Assembly (NCBI RefSeq): GCF_001194135.2
Contig: NC_068984.1
Coordinates: forward strand, 91,769,222-91,817,641
Origin: Octopus bimaculoides
Lineage: Eukaryota
Direction: 5' to 3'
Length of the DNA stretch: 48,420 bases
Each line of letters starts with the position of its first letter. The first letter of the stretch is position 1. The notes beneath the pieces were generated by a model, which saw only the letters and a program-made list of their open reading frames with translations, searched no databases and was not told the origin of the DNA. Shown here piece after piece: positions 23,489-36,281 of the stretch. The position numbers were made by a program, and so were the translations under genes.

Positions 23489-23520
23489 CGAGGTGGTATG
23501 AAATCTTTGATACCACCTCG
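23489..23520. mobile_element. 32-bp mariner-like remnant made only of two TIR ends
   Basis: TA|CGAGGTGGTATGAAATCTTTGATACCACCTCG|TA; perfect 14-bp arms including flanks (23486-23499 and 23510-23523). Confidence 0.6.
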
Positions 23521-23523
23521 TAC

Positions 23524-24305
23524 GGACCAAACGCACGATACTGAACGATTCCGTTTGTTGGGGATTTACTTACTTTGACCACCGAAGCCAGGTGTGCTGA
23601 CGTATAACACCAAGTGGTAAGTGTCGGCCCTATCCAATGCTTTCGACTTATCTATATTAATTAGGTCCCCACCATGGTAGAGTACGCTAATATCTGCAAC
23701 TCGCCATTTAACAGAGTTACAGGCCTGAAGTTGTTAAAGCCAACCCTCTTGATTGGGTTCTTTTTCTGCTCTACTACGCACCTCTTTTCGCAAAACTGGG
23801 AATTCTCCTGTTCTGCTGTCAGTTCCAGGAGACATCTACCAAGTGGTCCCTGAACGTGTCTGGTATATGAATATACAGCTCGTAAGCTTGACCATTCATC
23901 TTCAGCAGCATTTTTATCGAGCAACTAGCCCTCGATTCCCGTATTTTGCTAGCTGTTATAGGCCTTCCAAGAGTCGTGACAGGTCGTCAAATTAATCAGT
24001 TAAGTCCGACCCATCTGTGGTCCACCATCCGACCCAAGTAGCTGAGCGAATTGCAACTGAAAAGTCATACCCATTGGCTTGGAATCTACTAGCATGCATT
24101 CCTCCTCATTCGTCAACTCTGACGTTTTTTGTTTAGTTGTTCCATGAAGGAATAAACAGCTTTTGTTCCCTCATGTCTTACTGCACACACCCTAGCTCTA
24201 ACAACATAACCTTCATGCTTTGTGCTTATGAATGGCTCAAGGACTACTCATGCTGTGATCACGTCAGTGGCAATGACTTTCTCAAACACCTCTTTTAGGT
24301 TACTA
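23524..24305 (-). mobile_element. L1/Tx1-clade fragment, inverted copy of about 6430-7250
   Basis: Near-identical ORF translations (EDEWSSLRAVYSYTRHVQGPL...NNFRPVTLLNGELQIL). Confidence 0.88.
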
Positions 24306-24439
24306 ACTACTTGTATATATTTATGTTTTCTTGGTTTTAACTTTCCAGTTTCTTTCTAATACAAAAAAATCAGATTCTATCCTAGAAATAAGGCTCTTTT
24401 ATTGGAATTTTGACAATATCAATAGTGTAGTCTTGTATG

Positions 24440-24528
24440 TGTGTATATATACACATATATAAATATTCGCATATATATAAATATACATACATATGTATAT
24501 GTGTATATATACATGTACATACACGTAT

Positions 24529-24580
<52 letters not shown>
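24440..24580. repeat. (TA)/(CA)n microsatellite
   Basis: Direct inspection. Confidence 0.9.
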
Positions 24581-24582
<2 letters not shown>

Positions 24583-25849
24583 CGTAAGACATCGACCACA
24601 ATGCAATTAATTTCATTAACAGTAAAAAGATTTTTTCATTTTAAATTGGTAAAAGAAAGAAGGACATATTCTAAAAAGACAATGTTTTCTTTTTTACTTC
24701 ACTTATAATGGAGATAGCTTAAAATTTTTAAACTTTTAAATGTCATGTAAAATATCAAGGTCATTAACTTAGATGTTTATTTAATTAAACGAATTCAAAG
24801 TTACAACATGAGAAGAAGACTAGTTTATAATTATCTATATTATAATAAGAGCCATATTTTCCTGCCCGTCCATCAAAAGCAATCATCATATCAAGAAGGC
24901 TTTCAGGAAATTTACATTTTATCTTTTGGTTGGGAAGAAAGCCAATGTTTATAATGAGCGGGTGACAGATTAAGTCTACCATCCAAGTAGAGGCGGGATT
25001 TGAACTTAGAAGTTAAACAGACAGAATAGATATTACAAAACACATGGTCCATCATTCTTTATGTTCAGCCAATTCTCTACTCTAGATTGGTACTCATTTA
25101 TCCACTCCGAAAGCATAAAAGACGAAAATTTATCTCGGTTGTATCTGAACTTAGAGAACAGAGAAATAATGCAAGTCGTGAGTTAGTGTGTGACATCGTG
25201 TTTCATTTACTCGTCAGAGCTGAACAGTCAAGCACTCACATATACTAATACCGAAACATTGTCCAATGCGTGACATTCTGTTCAACGATGAAACGGCTCT
25301 GTCATGTCACCGCCTGAAGAATCGAAATTAAAAATTCAATTTAGTTATTGAAGTCACACATAAAATATTCATTTCATTAGAAAATTATGAACTTCAAATG
25401 CGATTATGTAAGTATTATACAAGAAAAGTAATTTTTATCATATGTATGATACAAAAAATATAATACAAATAATATTTATTAAATTATGTTGATGATATAT
25501 CAATGTAATAAGAAAATAATAAACAGATAATGTTCGAGGAAAATTTGGTTGCTACTTCTAGCAGGTTGAATGACCTGTATTAAGTAGTTGTTCCCGAATG
25601 GTGCTCTGTGAAAATAAAATTATATTTTAAAAATGTAAAAGCAAAAAACAAGAATAAAGAACAACAACAACAAACAAACAAAAAACCCCAAAATCCCCAA
25701 AATCAAACTGTAATTCTAAATATAAACGATTGATAACCGAACTTCGTTTATGGACTGAAGAACTTAGTTGTTTTTCATTCATTTTATTAAGAAGCTAAAG
25801 TGCATAAATAAATAGTCTAGCCAAGAAGAAAAAAAAAAAGAACCAGCTA

Positions 25850-26510
25850 GTGCAGAGTGCTTGCAACTGCAATGCAGAATACAGGTGACATCTGTTTGTC
25901 ATCGATATTCACGCAATGTGTCGCAGTTTGAATAATGAAAGATTCGAAAGAGTAACTTGTTTATGTGAAGTTCTACTTACGGAGACTTTTGTGATCCTGC
26001 GATGGGCCGGTAGGGAAGTTTGTCTTAATTGGCACAAGCATTTAAAACCGAGAAATAATCACAGCGAAAGTGATTCAAAATCTAATAGACTTTCCAAAGC
26101 AACGTCAACGATTGCATTGTGATAGTGCATCCTGTGATTTGTGAAAACTGTTGCCTGAATGTGTTTGAAGTTTACAAAATGGAGGCATCTGTAAACGTCG
26201 GTGTTACAAGATTTTAAGAGAAGCATCTGCTGCCGCAAAATTGTGACGCGTGAGCTGTGATGATGATGAGAAAGTAGGAGAGCGACTTATAACAAGAGAA
26301 ACAACAGCAGGAAACAAACTACAAGGAATTGTTCTCTCACATCAGAGCATCCCGTCCACTTGCGAGGAACCAACCCAAAATTTTCTGAAAAGCGAAGATG
26401 CTTTCATAAAAATTTTAATGGTAATTACAAGTGGCGAGGACGGGTACATATTGCCAAGCAAAGCAAAACTGTTCTCCCTTTTGCAACACTCCGACGTCAC
26501 TGCCGTGAGT
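25850..26510 (+). mobile_element. Degraded hAT (Buster/Charlie-like) transposase fragment
   Basis: Remnants DPAMGR.GSL, IVIVHPVI, SAAAKL.RVSCDDDEKVGERL and SKAKLFSL in the order expected for Buster-type transposases; many stops. Confidence 0.45.
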
Positions 26511-29500
26511 TGAGGCAGACCATTGAAGTAAGCACTGCAGGCACTGCATTCGTCGCGAATAGTCGAGTATAGTGCTGCGGAAATGCCATATACATCTGCT
26601 TATAATCGAGTGGCACGCACTCATCGTCATCCGCAAATAATTGAACTTTGGCTTTACAATCACGTTGTACCTTCGCCGCTCGGGGCATCGAACTGCTTTC
26701 GTTCTTTTGTCTTGTAGCACGCACCTTAGCACTGACAACACAGGAGCCAATCTCACTGCAAGCCCGTCAGTTGCTTTGCTTTTTCTAAGTGCTTCTTCTG
26801 GATTTGCAAGTCCCTCTCTAATCTAACTTTCACTATTGCTACATCCCTACAAAACCTCATCGACTCTTTTCTAATTGCTCTTTTCAGGGTAAGTCACCAT
26901 CTGTTGTTGACGGTTTCTCCCATCAACACTCGCTTAACTAATTCACTAATTCGGTAACTGTAAGCGTGACATGCCCTGAAAGGCGCACTCATCTTCCAGT
27001 AACCGACGACCTGTTCATGAATTCTATCTATGTCAACCATACATATCACAAATTTGTGGTCTGTGTAGCCGACAATTTTAAAATGTGGAAAACCTATGCT
27101 ATTCCTATTTACTGGCCTACAGAATAATCTATCTACATACGATCTGGATAACCTGATGTTCGTCCATGTCCTGTAGCGCATCTGGGAAATCCAGTCGATA
27201 CCTCTCGGACAGTTGGAAATATCAGAGTATGTTTGCGAGGCAGACCTTTCTCTTATTGGCTTCTCTTATTTGTCTGAAAGTGTGGCCTACGCTGTTGGTC
27301 ACATCCAGTAATGCTGACTTATCTTGTGGATCCAGGAAGATGGTCCGTATCTCAAAATCTAGCCCTTTCCGAAACAACATAGCCACTCCATAACCTATTT
27401 CCAGAAAATTTAGAGAGCACACAACTTGTAGCTGCCGAAGATGGAAATGAATGCTCATGTCTCAGTAATTCTGATTTCGTTTCAGGCCACATGAATTCAC
27501 ACTACCTATTCTGAGTAACGCCATATTCAGCAAGAGGGTGGAAAGTGAGAAGAAACACCTTATTTCTGTGGAAGGACGTACTCTCCTTTTGGCTACTTGT
27601 GAGTGTCTCCACACGCATTTCTTTTAGAGTCTATCTTTTATAGTTCTTCGGAAATTCCCCATTGCCTTCGAATATTTCGCCTTCATTGTGTTGTATGCAC
27701 CTTGATCTGTTTCTAGAATTTGAATATGAATTGTCATGCTATGCGATGGCATCATGTAATCATTGTATGTAATATTTGTATATTGATGTATTGGGTCATC
27801 CCATGAATAATGCGTTTTTTTCAATTGCATGAACTAAAAGTCGGAAGGAGGCAGGGATAAACTACCTGCATCAACTTACTATAAGAACAGGTAATAATTT
27901 TACCTTGTCCTTATTCTTAGTGCAAGTTTTGAAGAGTGCAGTTCGATTTTAGCAGTTATATTTTCAAAGCTATAAGTGACAAAGGAGCATATTCGGAATA
28001 TTTTGATTATTGAGTTCAATAAAGGCAACAGCGCAACGGAAAGTGTGAGGAATATTAATATTATGGAGGTCGGACAATAAGCGTAAGCCGATGTCAAAGG
28101 TGGTTCAAGAAATTTTGAGCCGGAAACTACAACCTAGAAGACGGACCTCATCCTGGAAGGTCTGTAGAGGTCGACGAGGATGACCTGCAAACCTTGGTGG
28201 AACAAAATCCCACCGTAACTGCTGAGTAACTTGCATAGAAGCTTGGATTTGGTCATTCAACCATTTATCGACATCCGAGTGCCATCGGAAAAGTCAGTAA
28301 ATTGGGCCAATGTGTTCCTCACAAACTTTCCGCGTCTAATCGCGCGCAGAGAGTGAATGTGTGCTCTTCTTTGCTATTACATCTCACAAATGAATCTTTT
28401 TTGGACCGAATAGTGACTGGTGACGAGAAATGAGTTCTCTATAAAAATTCAAGCGCTGAAGACAGTGGGTAGGGAAAGGAGAAACACCGGCACTCCAGGC
28501 TAAAGAAGGTCTTCTTATCTGTTCGGTGTGATATGAAAGCTTTAGTCCACTTTGAACTTTTAAACCCAAACTAAATGATAATAAAGATCTATTGCGAGCA
28601 GCTTGAGCGGCTTAAGTCAGTTCTAGAAGAAAAACGACCATATTTAGTTTCAAGACGAAAGGTGTTCTTCCATCAGGATAATGCTCGGCCACACGCAGCG
28701 AGAACGACATTTCAAAGGCTGGAGCAGTTTGAATTGGGAACGATGCCCCACCCACTATATTCGCCGGACATTGCCCCATCTGATTATCATTTATTCCGCT
28801 GTCTTCAAAATCATTGGGACGGTAAAAATATGAATTCTGTAGACGAAATCAGAACAGTACTGGAGGAGTATTTTTCGTCACGGAGAGGTGAATTTTGGAA
28901 GAGGAGCCTTACAAGTCTACCAGAGAGATGGAAGAAACGAAAGAGAGTATATTTTAGATCAAAAAAGAACTTTGTTTATATTAAGTGTGAAAAATAAAAG
29001 CAATATATAAAAAACCTGCATTATTTATGGGATGACTCAATACATGTTCCATGAACTGTTTATCGTTTTTATCCAAGGCCGTATAATTGAGGTATTTCTT
29101 TAGATCGGTTTGCGGATGTTGTTTGGGTTATTGTGGTGAGTGGGAACTGGGTTGTGTTTGTGTGTTGTGGTATTTGTGGTGATGGTGGTAAGGATTGTTG
29201 CTTTTAGTTTCCTCTTGCTAGATTTTTTCTGTGGAAGAATTTATTACTTTCCTTTACTTTCTTTTTTATGGTGACACCTTTTCACACTTCTTCCTAGTTC
29301 CCTTCGTCACAAGACGTATCTAAGAGATCTGAAATGAGGGGCATGTCCTCTGGTGTTATATTGGTTTTGAGGTGTTTTGTTGTTGATATTTCTGCAGTTG
29401 TTGTCGGAGATTTTTGTGGAAGTTGGAAGCTTTTGTGTCGCTGGTGTTCCTGCTACTGGCGTGGATGTTGTCGCTTTTTTGTTTGGAACCTCTGCTGCTA

Positions 29501-30050
29501 TTGCTGTTGCAGTCACTGTGGCTATTACTGCTGGTGCTGTTGAGGCTGTATTAGTGATGTTGGTACAAGTGGGGATCGTGTTTCTTTCACGATTTATTGG
29601 GGATAGAAAACCTTTAAGTGCGTCACAGTGTCACATATTTGACAGCTTGGCTTTCTCCCCTCTACTGTTACGGACAGGTGCGTGCCGTCCGTGAGGTCCA
29701 TCAGATATGTTTTCTTGAATTGTTTGTATTGCCAGTACCATACTTATTTCTCACCAGTTTTGTTTTGGTGTATTTTCATTTCCAGAATTGTCGCATCTTC
29801 CTCTCTATGGCTCTAGATGGCTGCGATCAACTAGATGATACTTATTTCTAGTAGCACGTTTATGTCTTTTACTTTTGCCTAGGGCAAGGCAATAGCAGAG
29901 AATTAGGCCAAGTTCCTCATTCCTCAGTGTTGTAGAGTAGAATCCTGTCTCTACTTCTGTTTTGAATCCCAGTTCAACCGTGCTATATCTTTTCCTCGTA
30001 TGATGTGGGTCCTGTGTTAATACACATGCCCAAACTAATTTGTATTTCGT
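26510..30050 (-). mobile_element. L1/Tx1-clade LINE (ORF1 with zinc knuckle, ORF2 APE endonuclease and linker) interrupted by a mariner
   Basis: ORF1 VTVEGRKPSCQICDTVTHL; ORF2 start LRIGSVNSCGL, GVAMLFRKGLD..IFLDP, YVDRLFCR; ORF1-like frame reads across the mariner insertion site. Confidence 0.7.
27791..29040 (+). mobile_element. mariner transposon, full length, transposase pseudogene
   Basis: TA|TTG(G/A)GTCATCCCAT(G/A)AATAATGC TIRs; IVTGDEK, FHQDNARPH, YSPDIAPSDYHLF. Confidence 0.93.
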
Positions 30051-30054
30051 CCTC

Positions 30055-31188
30055 ACTTGCACATTGCACCCGACGCGATTTTGTTCCAGCAGTCGCTCAG
30101 AAACAGGAGAAAAACGTCGTCGAAGCTCTGTGTGGACTTCAACGAGGCAAGTACTTCACAAAATCAACCAGAACTGTTAGAAGAAGGCTCGTAGAGTACG
30201 GTCTGAAAGGCTGTAAAGCCAGGAAGAAGCCATGGGTTTCTGAAGCGAATATTGAAAAACGTCTTCAGTGGGTCAAAAGCCACTCAAATTGGACCAGTGA
30301 GCAATGGTCGAAAGTCATATGGTTTGATGAAAGTAACTTATGAAGTAAGATAGAACATGTATTCACTCAAATATAAACTTAATGTAACTGGTTTGTTACC
30401 CAAAATATATATTTAAAAGTATCCAACATAAAGCCAATATTATTTTTCATGATTTTACTCAGGTTTTCGGTACATCTGGTGCAACTTTCGTGCGTTGCAG
30501 AGTTGGGGAAGCATTTAAGGCTGAATGTCTGGTACCGACCGTAAAACACTGGGGTTGTTCTATTATGTTGTAGGCCTGCATGTCTGCTACAGGACCCGGA
30601 GAAATGTTTTTATGTCAGGGAAGGATGAATTCAGCTACTTACGTTTCTATGTTATCGGATGTTTTAGAGCCATCAATTGCTAAATTGCATCTAAGAGTGT
30701 CGAAAAACAGTGTTATCTTTCAACAGGAAAACGCTCCATGNNNNNNNNNNNNNNNNNNNNNNNNNNNNNNNNNNNNNNNNNNNNNNNNNNNNNNNNNNNN
30801 NNNNNNNNNNNNNNNNNNNNNNNNNNNNNNNNNNNNNNNNNNNNNNNNNNNNNNNCTGGCCAGCTCAAAATCCCGATCTAAATCCAATCGAATACCTATG
30901 GGGAACTCTTGGTGAAGCTATCAGAAACAATTAAAAATAAAGAGCATTTGCACCAAAAGTTGAGAGAAGAATGGAGTGAAATTGCGCCTAGCACCTGCAA
31001 GAAACTAGTTGATTCAATGCCTAACCGTATAAAAGCGGTAAGTGATGCTAAAGGAGGGTCGATCAGATATTAAAACTAATGTATATTATGAAATATACCA
31101 TAATCTATCAAGTGCACGAGTTTCATTAACATTGAGATTGCAGAACCCCAAAATATTGGGGTTGCCTAATACATTTGGTCAAGGCTGT
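30055..31188 (+). mobile_element. Second, 5'-truncated copy of the intron-containing Tc1
   Basis: Same sequence as 18618-19700 in inverted orientation; intron GTAAG...CAG at 30345-30462; ends caaggctgTA. Confidence 0.92.
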
Positions 31189-31199
31189 ACAACTGTGCA

Positions 31200-31940
31200 T
31201 GTTTTTGTATTTTTTTTTTATAACGTCGAATGCTTGGTTTAGAATTGTCGTCGTTCATTTTCTGTTACAATCTGCCTGACCAGTTTTGATTCTCCATATT
31301 TTCGATGGTATTTGTTGAGATCTCTTGTAGTACTCGCAAAGGAAATACCTTGCTGCAGCAATTTGGTCATATTCATCGTTGCTAGCACCTTCGCTGCATA
31401 TCGCCCCGTTTCTGTCGTGTTACTTTTGGTGGTTACGTTGCTGTTGTTTTATTTCTGGTACAAAAATCTCGCCTGATGAGTTAGTAGTGGTGGTGGTAAA
31501 CTTTTTCTTCTCTGTCTTCCTTGCAACTACTGCTGCTGCTGTTGTCGATACTAGTTGTAGTAGTGTTAGACATGTTTGTGTTGTCATTTTTGTTGCTTTT
31601 CGTTGCTTTTCTTTTTATTCACGTGTTGTCATTGTTTAAGTAGTAGTTGCTACTGTTGCTGTTGTTCTTCGCGTAGCAGTGTTGCACACTTTTGACATTT
31701 GATCTTAATCTTGTTGCACTTGTCTTTCAGAGGTACCTCTCAGTTCTTTTTCCATTCACTGGCTTTGAAGGTGAACGACATACATCCAATTTTGTGTTCC
31801 AAATGGGCAAAACACAACCAGATAAACAAACCTGCCCTGTGTCCTGGTGGTCTTACACGAACCATATATAACAAAATTACAATAAATAACTGTTAAACGT
31901 AAATAAGACTAACAAACTTACGAGCAACGCAACGCATGTC
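31200..31940 (-). mobile_element. L1/Tx1-type ORF1 C-terminal fragment
   Basis: EYDQIAAARYFLCEYYKR remnant; AAC-rich low-complexity linker. Confidence 0.45.
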
Positions 31941-31949
31941 TTTCCAACA

Positions 31950-33190
31950 GCAACAACAATAATGGTTTCTTTATTAACCACTAAGGCTCACGCATAAAAC
32001 GAGAATATTAGAGGCACAAGATTACAAAAAGAGGGTTTTTTTGTAAACAAAACGTAAACAAAAAGAATATAGTAACAAAATTTTAAACAAGAAAAGTCTT
32101 CGAGCAGTCCCTTTTACTTGGACCATGCTTGTCACCTTTCAACGAAGGCGCTGAAAGGCAGCACTTTCCTACCAACCTTTGTTTTTTATAAGTCGAACTT
32201 GAAAAAGTTGATGAGAGTTTGGTCAAAGAGAAAAGTGTCTGCCTTTAACCCTTTCATTCCTGTCCATTACACAACTTCGTTCACCGACAGGTAACCGTTT
32301 ACTCTGACCAACGATCAGATGTCGCTGTAAATGGTGGCGATACAGTGCCGGAACGTGGGTCCGAAATTGGCTGTTGTGAGGACAGCTGTCAAGAAGGCAT
32401 TCCATTGATCTATGTTAATCAACTTCTCACCCATGCATCGTACGAGGTCGAGATCATGACTAGGTATGCTCGGAATGGCGCATGTCTGTGCATCATCAAT
32501 CAGACCACTAATAACAAGCGCCAATCTCTTTGATATTGTCTTGACAAAACTTCTGAACACTACGTGCAGCAGAGTTATGGTCCGGAAATGATCAATGTCG
32601 TCCCCCTTGTTTGAGTCTCCTCTCAGCACTGCAACTACTCCTCAGCTCATAGAAATGAGAATTCTCTTGTTCTTTTGGCAAGTTGCGGTAGATATTTGTC
32701 ACGAAATCGCCGAAGAAGCTTGATGCATATGTATAAAGCCCGTAGGCTGGCCATTTAAACCAGACGATTTGTCCCTCAAGTAGCTAGTCATCGCCTCCCG
32801 TACTTCAGTGGTTGTTATTGACCTTTTGTAATACTCTACTTCCACTGTCCATTCGTGATCCGGCTTGCTTTGCCGCCTCGAACGGCAGAGCGAATTGCTG
32901 ATGATAAAGCATTTGCTCAGAATCAAGTAGCACACACTCATCATGGACCATCAAAAACAGAATTGGAGATTTGTGGTAAGGTTGAACTCTCTAAACCGGT
33001 CTCATCGAACGGCTTTCGTTCCTTCGTGTCTTAGAGCAAACGTCTTAACCGACAAAACAGCCTCCGTACTTCACCTTGAACAAATGGTCAACAGCCAATC
33101 TTACTGCAAGTACGGACATGTAGTAAATGCTAGGGCGTGGGCACTGAAATTCGAGGGCATACTTGCTCAGACGGTTTCACCTGCCTGACA
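31950..33190 (-). mobile_element. L1/Tx1-clade ORF2 fragment with 3' UTR
   Basis: DHFRTITLL...KRLALVISGLIDDAQTCAIP; AATAAA near 31970-31975. Confidence 0.8.
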
Positions 33191-35045
33191 AGCATCAACT
33201 GGATTTTCCGAATGTACCAGGGTGGACATGAACAAAAAGCATCGGGACATCTAGGTAATATCTAGATAGAATATTCTGTAGGTCAATAGATAGGGATAGC
33301 ATAGGTTGTACACTTTGTAAAATCAACGGCTACACAGACCACAAATTTGTTATCTGTACGGTCGACCTAGATATATTTCATAGGCAGGAACCCGGTTAGT
33401 GGAAGCTGAACGCGTCGCTTCCAGATTAGCAAACTTATTAAGCGGATGTTGACGGAGTCAACCATCAACAACAAATGTCAATTCATCCTGAAAAGGGCAA
33501 TTAGAGTAGAATTTATTAGGCTTAGTAAGGTCGTAGCCATAGAGAAAAATAAAATAGAGAGAAATTAGAAACTTGTCAGAGGCTCTTAGAAAAGATATCA
33601 CAACCGACGTGCACGCGGCGATATCGGCCCTCGACTAATTCTTCAGCATGAAACATATAGGCTGCATGAGAGGACGGAAAGCTGCTCATGGAGCCGGGTG
33701 AAAGAGGTACAACAAGATTGCAAAACCACAATTTGATATTTGGAGTGCCATAATGGGTGCGTGTTCCTCGACACTAAGCAGATGAATGCGATTTTTGCAG
33801 CAGCATTTCGCGCGACTGTTTGGGATGAATGGTGGGTCGGAATGCTGGATGAATTTCAACTCTCGGTAAGGGAGGTGGAGTGTTGCGAAAAGCCGATAAC
33901 AGCCTTTGAGATACCTGCCACAATTGGCAGCAGAAAAGGAGGATTCCTAGTTCTGTGAGTTGGGAAGTGTTGGAACTATCAAGAAAGGCTCCGATCAAGG
34001 GAAATCACATTGATAATTTTCGACCCGTAACTCTGCTAATCGCAGATTTTAAAAGTTCGGCCATGGTGTTAGCAAAGAAGTTGACTTTTGTCGAGGGTCT
34101 GATTGGTGATGTGCAAACATGTGCCATCCCAAGCAGATATATCTACGACAATCTCTACCTTATGCGATGGCATGGATAATAGTCTAATCAACTGATATCA
34201 ATCAAAATCTTCGATAGGGTCGACCACCAATATTTGGCGGCCTGTTTCGGTCCCGCCTTGGATTGCTGTAATGTACAACATCTGCTCGGGGGATCGGGTG
34301 AATGACACCCTATCGGAACCATACAGTATCATGCAGTCGGTCCGTCCAGGTTATCTTCTCTCGCCTCTTCCGTATGTACTGACTCTAGAACCACTGCTCC
34401 CAAACTGCAGATGTTGAGGAGCATTCCGCGCGAAATAGGTCGTGGAAGAACCGTGTCGGCAACGCAGACGACGTTACCATTATAGTATCGGACACCAGAC
34501 ATAGATCTGATCGGTCCTGCTCTAAAATAATACCATGCATTGACAGGAACAAAAATCAACCAAAAAAGTCAGTGGGCTTGTAGCTCGGTAGCTGGGGTAC
34601 AAGTTCATACTGTCTAATAGCGTCGTTAGACGCTGAATAGACGGATTTGTTAAATTGCTCGAGGTCTGGTTGGTCAAGACCTCCTAGTGGAGAAGAACTG
34701 GGACAAGATGACAAGCAGGATAGCCAATATCACCCTGAATTGGGCCAAGAGAAAGCTTTCCTTGAAAAGTTGGGCAAGGTGGTGAATGCACACATCGCCT
34801 CCGTCCCGCCTATCTCCTGACCGTTGTGCTCCGCCCCGCTTCACGTCTGACCAGATTGGAGCGCCTATTTTCCCGTCTTCCTTTGGACCAGGTGCCTCCA
34901 TTTGTTATCAAGACCCACTAAGTGGAGGACTGGGGATGACGTAGCTGTTGGTGCACAGACATGCGCTATTACTGCAACATCTCCAGCGTTTCCTTGACGG
35001 TGAACAACTGTGGTCGCCGTTTGTCAGACAACTTGCCTCGTTCTG
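33190..35045 (+). mobile_element. L1/Tx1-clade ORF2 fragment (APE end, linker, RT)
   Basis: YLDRIFCR, DNFRPVTLLIADFKSSAMVLAKKL...QTCAIP, FDRVDHQYL, TVSATQTT; many stops. Confidence 0.82.
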
Positions 35046-35384
35046 TGTTCAAATAGCACCAGTTTAATTTGTCCTTCATCCTGATAATTCGGTTAAATAA
35101 GTATTAATCAAGTACAGTATTGGAATAAATCGACAAGATTTATTTTTTGCAACATTTATTTGAGCCTATAACAAAATCAGGATTACGTCGAACCTTTGGT
35201 TTTACATACTTATTTCAAATCCAATTGAGGTCGACTTTGTGTTTCTACCTTCAGGAGTCTATAAAATAATTACTAGTCAAGTATTGGTTTAATTAAAAGT
35301 GCTACATCACTTCATCAACAGTTCTGGCTTTGTGTGTATGCTAGAAACCATTATTATTGTCTTGATGATACTTTTGCAGATTTT

Positions 35385-35600
35385 GGTTTCAAATTTTGGC
35401 ACAAGGCCAGCAATTTCGAGGGAAGGGTTAAGTCGATCAAATCGACACTAGTGCCTAACTGGTGCTTATTTTATCGACCCCGAAAGGGATGAAAGACAGT
35501 CAATCTCGGCAGAATTTGGATTCAGGAAGTTCAGGCGGACGAAATGTCGCTAAGCATTTTTTGCCTGGCGTGCTAACTATCCTGACAGCTCGCCGCCTTT
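35385..35600 (-). mobile_element. tRNA-derived SINE (family of 11058-11464)
   Basis: ttatcgaccccgaaagggatgaaag...gctaagcatt...cagctcgccgcctt. Confidence 0.8.
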
Positions 35601-36165
35601 CGTCTGCAGATATTGAATAGTTTTTGTAAACTTTTAGACAGTTCTATCCCTTCTAAGTTTTCTTATTTTTTTTTTGTAATGTTAGTATAAAGACTTAGTA
35701 TACAAAAAAAAAAAAGTAAACAAAAAGAAACTTACTTTTTTCTTTAATGCAATGTGTTGTTCCCTGAAAAATGAAAAACGAAAAAACAAAAAAACAAAAC
35801 GTAAGTATCTATAAAAAAAGTGAAACGACAAAATTTTAAATTTATTCTCATTTAGAAAAGTAAATTTTCAAAGTAATTACAGTACTCTATACATTAAAGT
35901 ACTCTATACATCTAAATGTACTTTATACACCTAAATGCTTAAAATAATAACTTCTTGGATAGATTCAAGCAATATTAATAGTATATTAAAAAGTGAGATA
36001 AAATTTGAAAATGATATCCTACAATACCATTCCCCAACCATTGAAAAACTCTGACAATATTTACTCCAACAAAACCATGAATTAATAACTTGTATAACAA
36101 CTTTTCTACTTCATTTTTTTGGGCAGTCGGAAATGTAAAATTCACAACTCTGCCAGTGCGCAACC

Positions 36166-36281
<116 letters not shown>

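Noticed and set aside
31950-35045. Head-to-head Tx1 fragments as a twin-priming 5' inversion
   Set aside because: The two fragments cover overlapping parts of the element and are diverged, so they are separate insertions
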